64,000 nt of DNA from the human T2T-CHM13v2.0 reference genome, Homo sapiens. The stretch lies in NCBI RefSeq assembly GCF_009914755.1, contig NC_060940.1. One strand, given 5' to 3'. A program made the translations under genes and the position numbers. The notes beneath the pieces were generated by a model. The model did no database searches. It was not told the DNA's origin and saw nothing but the letters and a program-made list of their open reading frames with translations. Of the stretch, positions 59,201 through 64,000 are shown piece by piece; positions within the stretch are counted from its first letter, which is position 1, and each line of letters opens with the position of its first letter.

Positions 59201-62200
59201 ATGATTCCATTCGATTCCATTTGATGATGATCCCATTCGAGTCCATTCAGTGATTCCATTCGTTTCCATTCCATGATGATTCCATTCCTTTCCATTCAAT
59301 GATTCCATTCGATTCCGTTTGATGATGATTTCATTCGAGTCCATTTGATGATTCCATTTGATTCCATTCGATGATGATTCCATTCGAGTCCATTCGATGA
59401 TTCTATTCGAATCCATTTGATGATTTCTTTTGATTATATTTGGTGATGATTCCATTGGAGTCCATTCAATGATTCCATTCTATTCCAATCGATGATGATT
59501 CCATTAGAGTCCATTTAATGATTCCATTTGATTCCAGTCTCTGATGATTACATTCGAGTCCATACGATGATTCCACTCAATTCCATATGATGATGATTCC
59601 ATTTGATTCCATTCGGTGATTCCATTCTATTCTATTCAATGGTGATTCCATTCGAGTACATTAGATGATTCCATTCGATTCCATTCAATGATGATTCTAT
59701 TTGTGTCCCTTAGATGATTCCACATGATTCCATTAGATGATGATACTATTTGAGCCCATCCAATGATTCCCTTCGATTCCATTCGATGAGGATTCCATTC
59801 GATTCAATTCATTGGTGATTCTATTCAATTCAATTCTTTGATTCCATTCCATTCCATTCGACAATGATTCCATTCGATTTCTTTCGATGATTCCACTCGA
59901 TTCCACTTGACATTGATTCCATTCGATTCCATTCAATGATTCCATTTGATTCCAGTGGATGATGATTGCCATCGATTCCATTCGATCACTCCATTCTATT
60001 CCATTTGATGATGATTACATTCGATTCCATTTGATGATTCCATCTGATTCTATTCGAGGATTCCATTTGATTCCATTCGCTGATGATTCCATTCGAGTCC
60101 ATTCGATGATTTCATTCGAGTACATCCAATGATTCCATTCGAGTCCATTAGATGATTCCATTTGATTCCATTTGAAAATGATTCTACTAGAGTCCATTCA
60201 ATGACTCCATTCGATTCCATTCAACAATTCCATTCGACTCCATTCGATGATTCCATTCGATTCCATTTGATGGTTCCATTCGAGTCCATTTAATCATTAC
60301 AGTCGAGTCCATTTGGTGATTCCACTGGATTTCTTTTGATAATGATACCATTCCATTACATTTGATGATGATCCCATTCAATTTCATTTGATGATGATTC
60401 CATTAGAGTCCATTCGATGATTTCATTCGAGTCCCTTCATTGATTCCATCCGATTTCATTGGATGATGACTCCATTCGAGTCCATTCGATGATTCCACTC
60501 GATTCCATTAGATGACTCCATTGGAGTCCATTTGATTGTTCCATTCGATTCCATTCGATTCCTTTCGAAGATTATTCCATTTGAGTCCATTCGATGATGA
60601 TTCCATTCCATTCCATTCGATGATTCCGTTTGATTCCATTCGATGATTCCCTTCGATTCCTTTCTTTGATGATTCCATTCCATTCCATTCAATGATTCCA
60701 TTCGAATCTATTCCATGATGATTCCTTTCGATTCCATTCGCTGATGTTTCCGTTCAATTCCATTCGATGATGATTCCATTCGATTCCATTCATTGAGGAT
60801 TCCATTTGATTCCATTCAATGATGATTCCATTGTATTCCATTCAATGATTGCATTCAATTCCATTCAATGATTATCCCATTAAAGTAAACTCAACGATTC
60901 CATTCAATACCATTCGATGATGATTCCTTTTGAGTCCATTCAATGATTTCATTCAAGTCCATTTGATGATTCCTTTCAATTCCATTCTATGATGATTCCA
61001 TTCGAGTCCATTCGATGATTCCATTCGATTGCATTCGATGATTCCATTATATTCAATTCAACGGTGATTCCATTCGAGTCCATTCCATGATTCCATTAGA
61101 GTACATTTAATGATTGCTTTGTTTTCAATTCGAATATGATTACATTGGATTCCATTCTATGATAACATTCGATTTCATTCAATGATGATTCCACTCAAAT
61201 CCATTGGATGATTCCATTCGTGTCCATTCGGTGATTTCATTAGATTCCATTCGAGGATGATTCCATTCGATTCCATTCGATGATTCCATTCAATTCCATT
61301 CGATGATGATTCCATTCCAGTCCATATGATCATTCCATTTGATTTCATTCGATGATGATTCCATTCGATTCGATTCGACGATTCCATTCTATTCCATTCG
61401 ATGATGATTCCATTCGAGTCCATTCGATCATTCCATTCGAGTCCATTTAATGATTCCATTGGGTTCAATTCAATGATGATTACATTGGATTCCGTTCTAT
61501 GATTCCATTCAATTCCGTTCATTGACAATTTGATTCCATTCGATGATGATTCCATTTGAGTTCATTCGATGATTCTATTCGATTCTCTTCGATGGTGATT
61601 CAATTCTATTATATTGGATGATTCCATTCGATTCCATTTGATGTTGATTCAATTCGATTCTATTCGATGATGATTCCATTGGATTTCACTTGATGATTCT
61701 ATTCGATTCCATTCAATGATGATTCACTTCTCGTCCATTGGATGATTCCATTTCATTCCATTCGATGATGATTCCATTCGATTCCATTCGATGATTCCTT
61801 TTGATTCCATGCGACGGTGAGCAATTCGATTCAATTCCATGATGATTCTATTTGATTCAATTAGATGATGTTTCCATTCGAATCCATTCCATGATTATTC
61901 CATTGGAATCCATTCGGCGATGATTCCATATGAGTCAATTCAATGATGATTCCATATGGGTCCGTTCGATGATAATTCCATTTGATTTCATTCGATGCTT
62001 CTATTCAATTCCAGTCGATGATGATTCCGTTGGAGTCCATACGATGATTCCATTTGATTTCATTTGATGATGATTCCATTCGATGATAATTACCTTGGAT
62101 TCCATTCTATGATTCCATTCAATTCCATTCGTTGATGATTCGATTCCATTCAATGATGATTCCATTTGAGTTCATTCGATGATTCTATTCGATTCCGTTC

Positions 62201-64000
62201 GATGGTGATTCAATTCTATTATATTGGATGATTCCACTCGATTCCATTTGATGATTATTCCATTGGAGTCCACTTAGTGAATCCTTTAGATTCTACTCGA
62301 CGATGATTCCATTCGAGTCCATTCGATGATACCATTCAATTCCATTCGTTGATGCTTCCATTCAAGTGCATTCGATGATATCATTCGATTCCATTTGATG
62401 ATAATTCCATTTGATTCCATGCGATGATTCTATTCGATTCCATTCAATGATAATTCCATTCAATTCAGTGATTCCTCTGGACTCCATTTGATGATGATTC
62501 CATTCAATGATTCCATTCGATTCTATTCGAAAATGATTCCATTTGAATCCATTTGATGATGATTCCATTAGATTCCATTTGATGATTCCATTCGATTCCA
62601 TTCGACGATGATTCCATTCGATTCCGTTTGATGATTCCATTCTATTCTATTCGATGATGATTCCATTCGATTCCATTCGATGATGATTGGATTCGATTCC
62701 ATTGGATGATTTCATTTGATTCCATTCGTTAATGATTTCGATCAATTCCATTCGATGATTCCATTCGATTCCATTCGATAATGATTACATCCGAGTCCAT
62801 TCGATGATTCCCTTTGAGCCTGTTCGATAATTCCATTTGAGTCCAACCAATGATTCCATTCATTTCCATTCAATGATTCCATTCGAGTCCATTTGATCAT
62901 TCCGGTAGGGTCCATTCGATGTTGATTCCATTGGAGTGCATTCGATGATTCCATTCGAGTCCATTTTAGGATTTGATTCGAGTCCTTTCGATGATTCCAT
63001 TCGATTCCACTCGATGATGATTTCATTCGAGTCCATTCGACACTTCCAATCGATTCCATTTGATGATTCCATTCGAGTCCAATTGATGATTCCATTCAAT
63101 TCCATTCGATGATGATTCCGTACGATTCCATTCTGTGATGATTCCATGTGATTGCATTCAATGATGATTCCTTTCGATTGCATTCGATTATGATTCATTT
63201 CGTGTTCATTCTATGGTTCCACAGGTTTCCATTCGTGTCCATTCCATTATTCCATTCTATTCCATTTGATGATGATTCCATTCGATTCCATTCATTGGTG
63301 ATTCCACTCAATTCCATTCAATGATTCCATTCCATTTCTTTCAACAATGATTCCATTAGTTTCTAATCGATGATCCACTTGATTCCATTTGACGACGATT
63401 CCATTCTTGTCCATTCGATGATTCCATTCGATTCCATTCGATGTTGATTCTGTTCAAATCCATTCGATGATTCCACTCGATTCCATTCGTTGACTCCATT
63501 TGATCCCATTCGATGATTTCCTTTGATTCCCTTTGATGATCATTCCATTTGATTCAATTCGGTGATTTCATTTGATTCCATTCAGTGATGTTTCCATTCG
63601 ACTCCATTCGATGATGATTCCATTCGACTCCATTCGATTATGATTTCATTCAATTCCATTCGATAATGATTCCCTTCGAGTCCATTCGATGATTCCATTC
63701 GATTCCATTCAACGATGTTTTGATTCGTGTCCATTCGATGATTCCATTTGATTCCACTTGATGATGATTCCATTCGAGTCCATTTGATGATTCCATTCAA
63801 TTCCATACTCCGATGATTTCTTTTGAGCCCACTCAATGCTTCCACTCGATTCCATATGATGATGACTCCATTCGATGAAATTCGATGATGATTCCATTCG
63901 CTTGCTTTCGATGATGATTCCACTTGAGTCCGTTAGAAGATTCTATTCAATTACATTCCATGACGATTCCGTTCGAGTCCATTTGATGATTCCATTAGAC
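56161..64000 (+). repeat. Second copy of positions 1-7840 (unit 11 of 6,063 bp and the start of unit 12 with the 708-bp deletion)
   Basis: Constant offset of 56,160 for all ORF-track landmarks (139/56299, 5015/61175, 7549/63709), plus shared private variants. Confidence 0.92.

Larger units (their letters stand above)
1..64000 (+). repeat. Human Satellite II (HSat2/HSATII) pericentromeric array, CATTC strand on +; probably the HSat2B ~6.1-kb family (chr16q11.2-type)
   Basis: Continuous (ATTCCATTCG)1-2(ATG)1-2 monomers, with abundant CATTCGATTC and TTCGAGTCC words that distinguish HSat2 from HSat3. No non-satellite interruption or strand flip was seen. Landmarks recur every ~6.1 kb. The family call is firm; subfamily and chromosome rest on the known ~6.1-kb period of the chr16 array and are less certain (~0.75). 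Confidence 0.98.

Noticed and set aside
139-63923. More than 100 minus-strand ORFs of 60-132 aa (MESSSNGIEWNH-like)
   Set aside because: These are translations of (GAATG)n. ATG is built into the repeat and minus-strand stops are sparse, while the + strand is full of TGA. The ORFs overlap in different frames, gain and lose stops between units, and show no recognisable domain.
1-64000. Possible CRISPR-like repeat-spacer array
   Set aside because: There is no constant repeat with unique spacers and no cas-like ORF; all sequence is degenerate pentamer satellite.
1-64000. HSat3 (for example DYZ1 or 9q12), alpha satellite or CENP-B boxes
   Set aside because: Pure CATTC runs are at most about three copies (for example ~3682-3699), CATTCGATTC and GATGATG dominate, and no 171-bp monomer or CENP-B box was seen.
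1-64000. Inversion or embedded Alu/L1 insertion
   Set aside because: No GAATG-strand block, poly(A) tail or non-satellite stretch was found, and unit-length arithmetic leaves no unexplained sequence.

Overview
The whole 64 kb window is one uninterrupted, single-orientation array of human Satellite II (HSat2). It consists of diverged CATTC pentamers in ~23/26-bp monomers (ATTCCATTCG-ATTCCATTCG-ATG(ATG), with GAGTCC variants). The monomers form a ~6.1-kb tandem unit, which best fits the HSat2B array of chromosome 16q11.2; that assignment comes from prior knowledge, not from a search. I see no genes, RNA genes, mobile elements or CRISPR arrays. All listed ORFs are on the minus strand and are by-products of the GAATG repeat. 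I did not find a new protein-coding system. What the window does show is nested repeat architecture: a 56,160-bp super-repeat of 10 units, 12.1-kb and 14.3-kb sub-repeats, a 708-bp and a 4,042-bp deletion with junction microhomology, and mosaic units built from three variant haplotypes. There is also a DUX4-type site (TAATTGAATCA) once per unit, and one haplotype has gained a second copy. All comparisons were made by eye and from ORF-track offsets, not by computed alignment.
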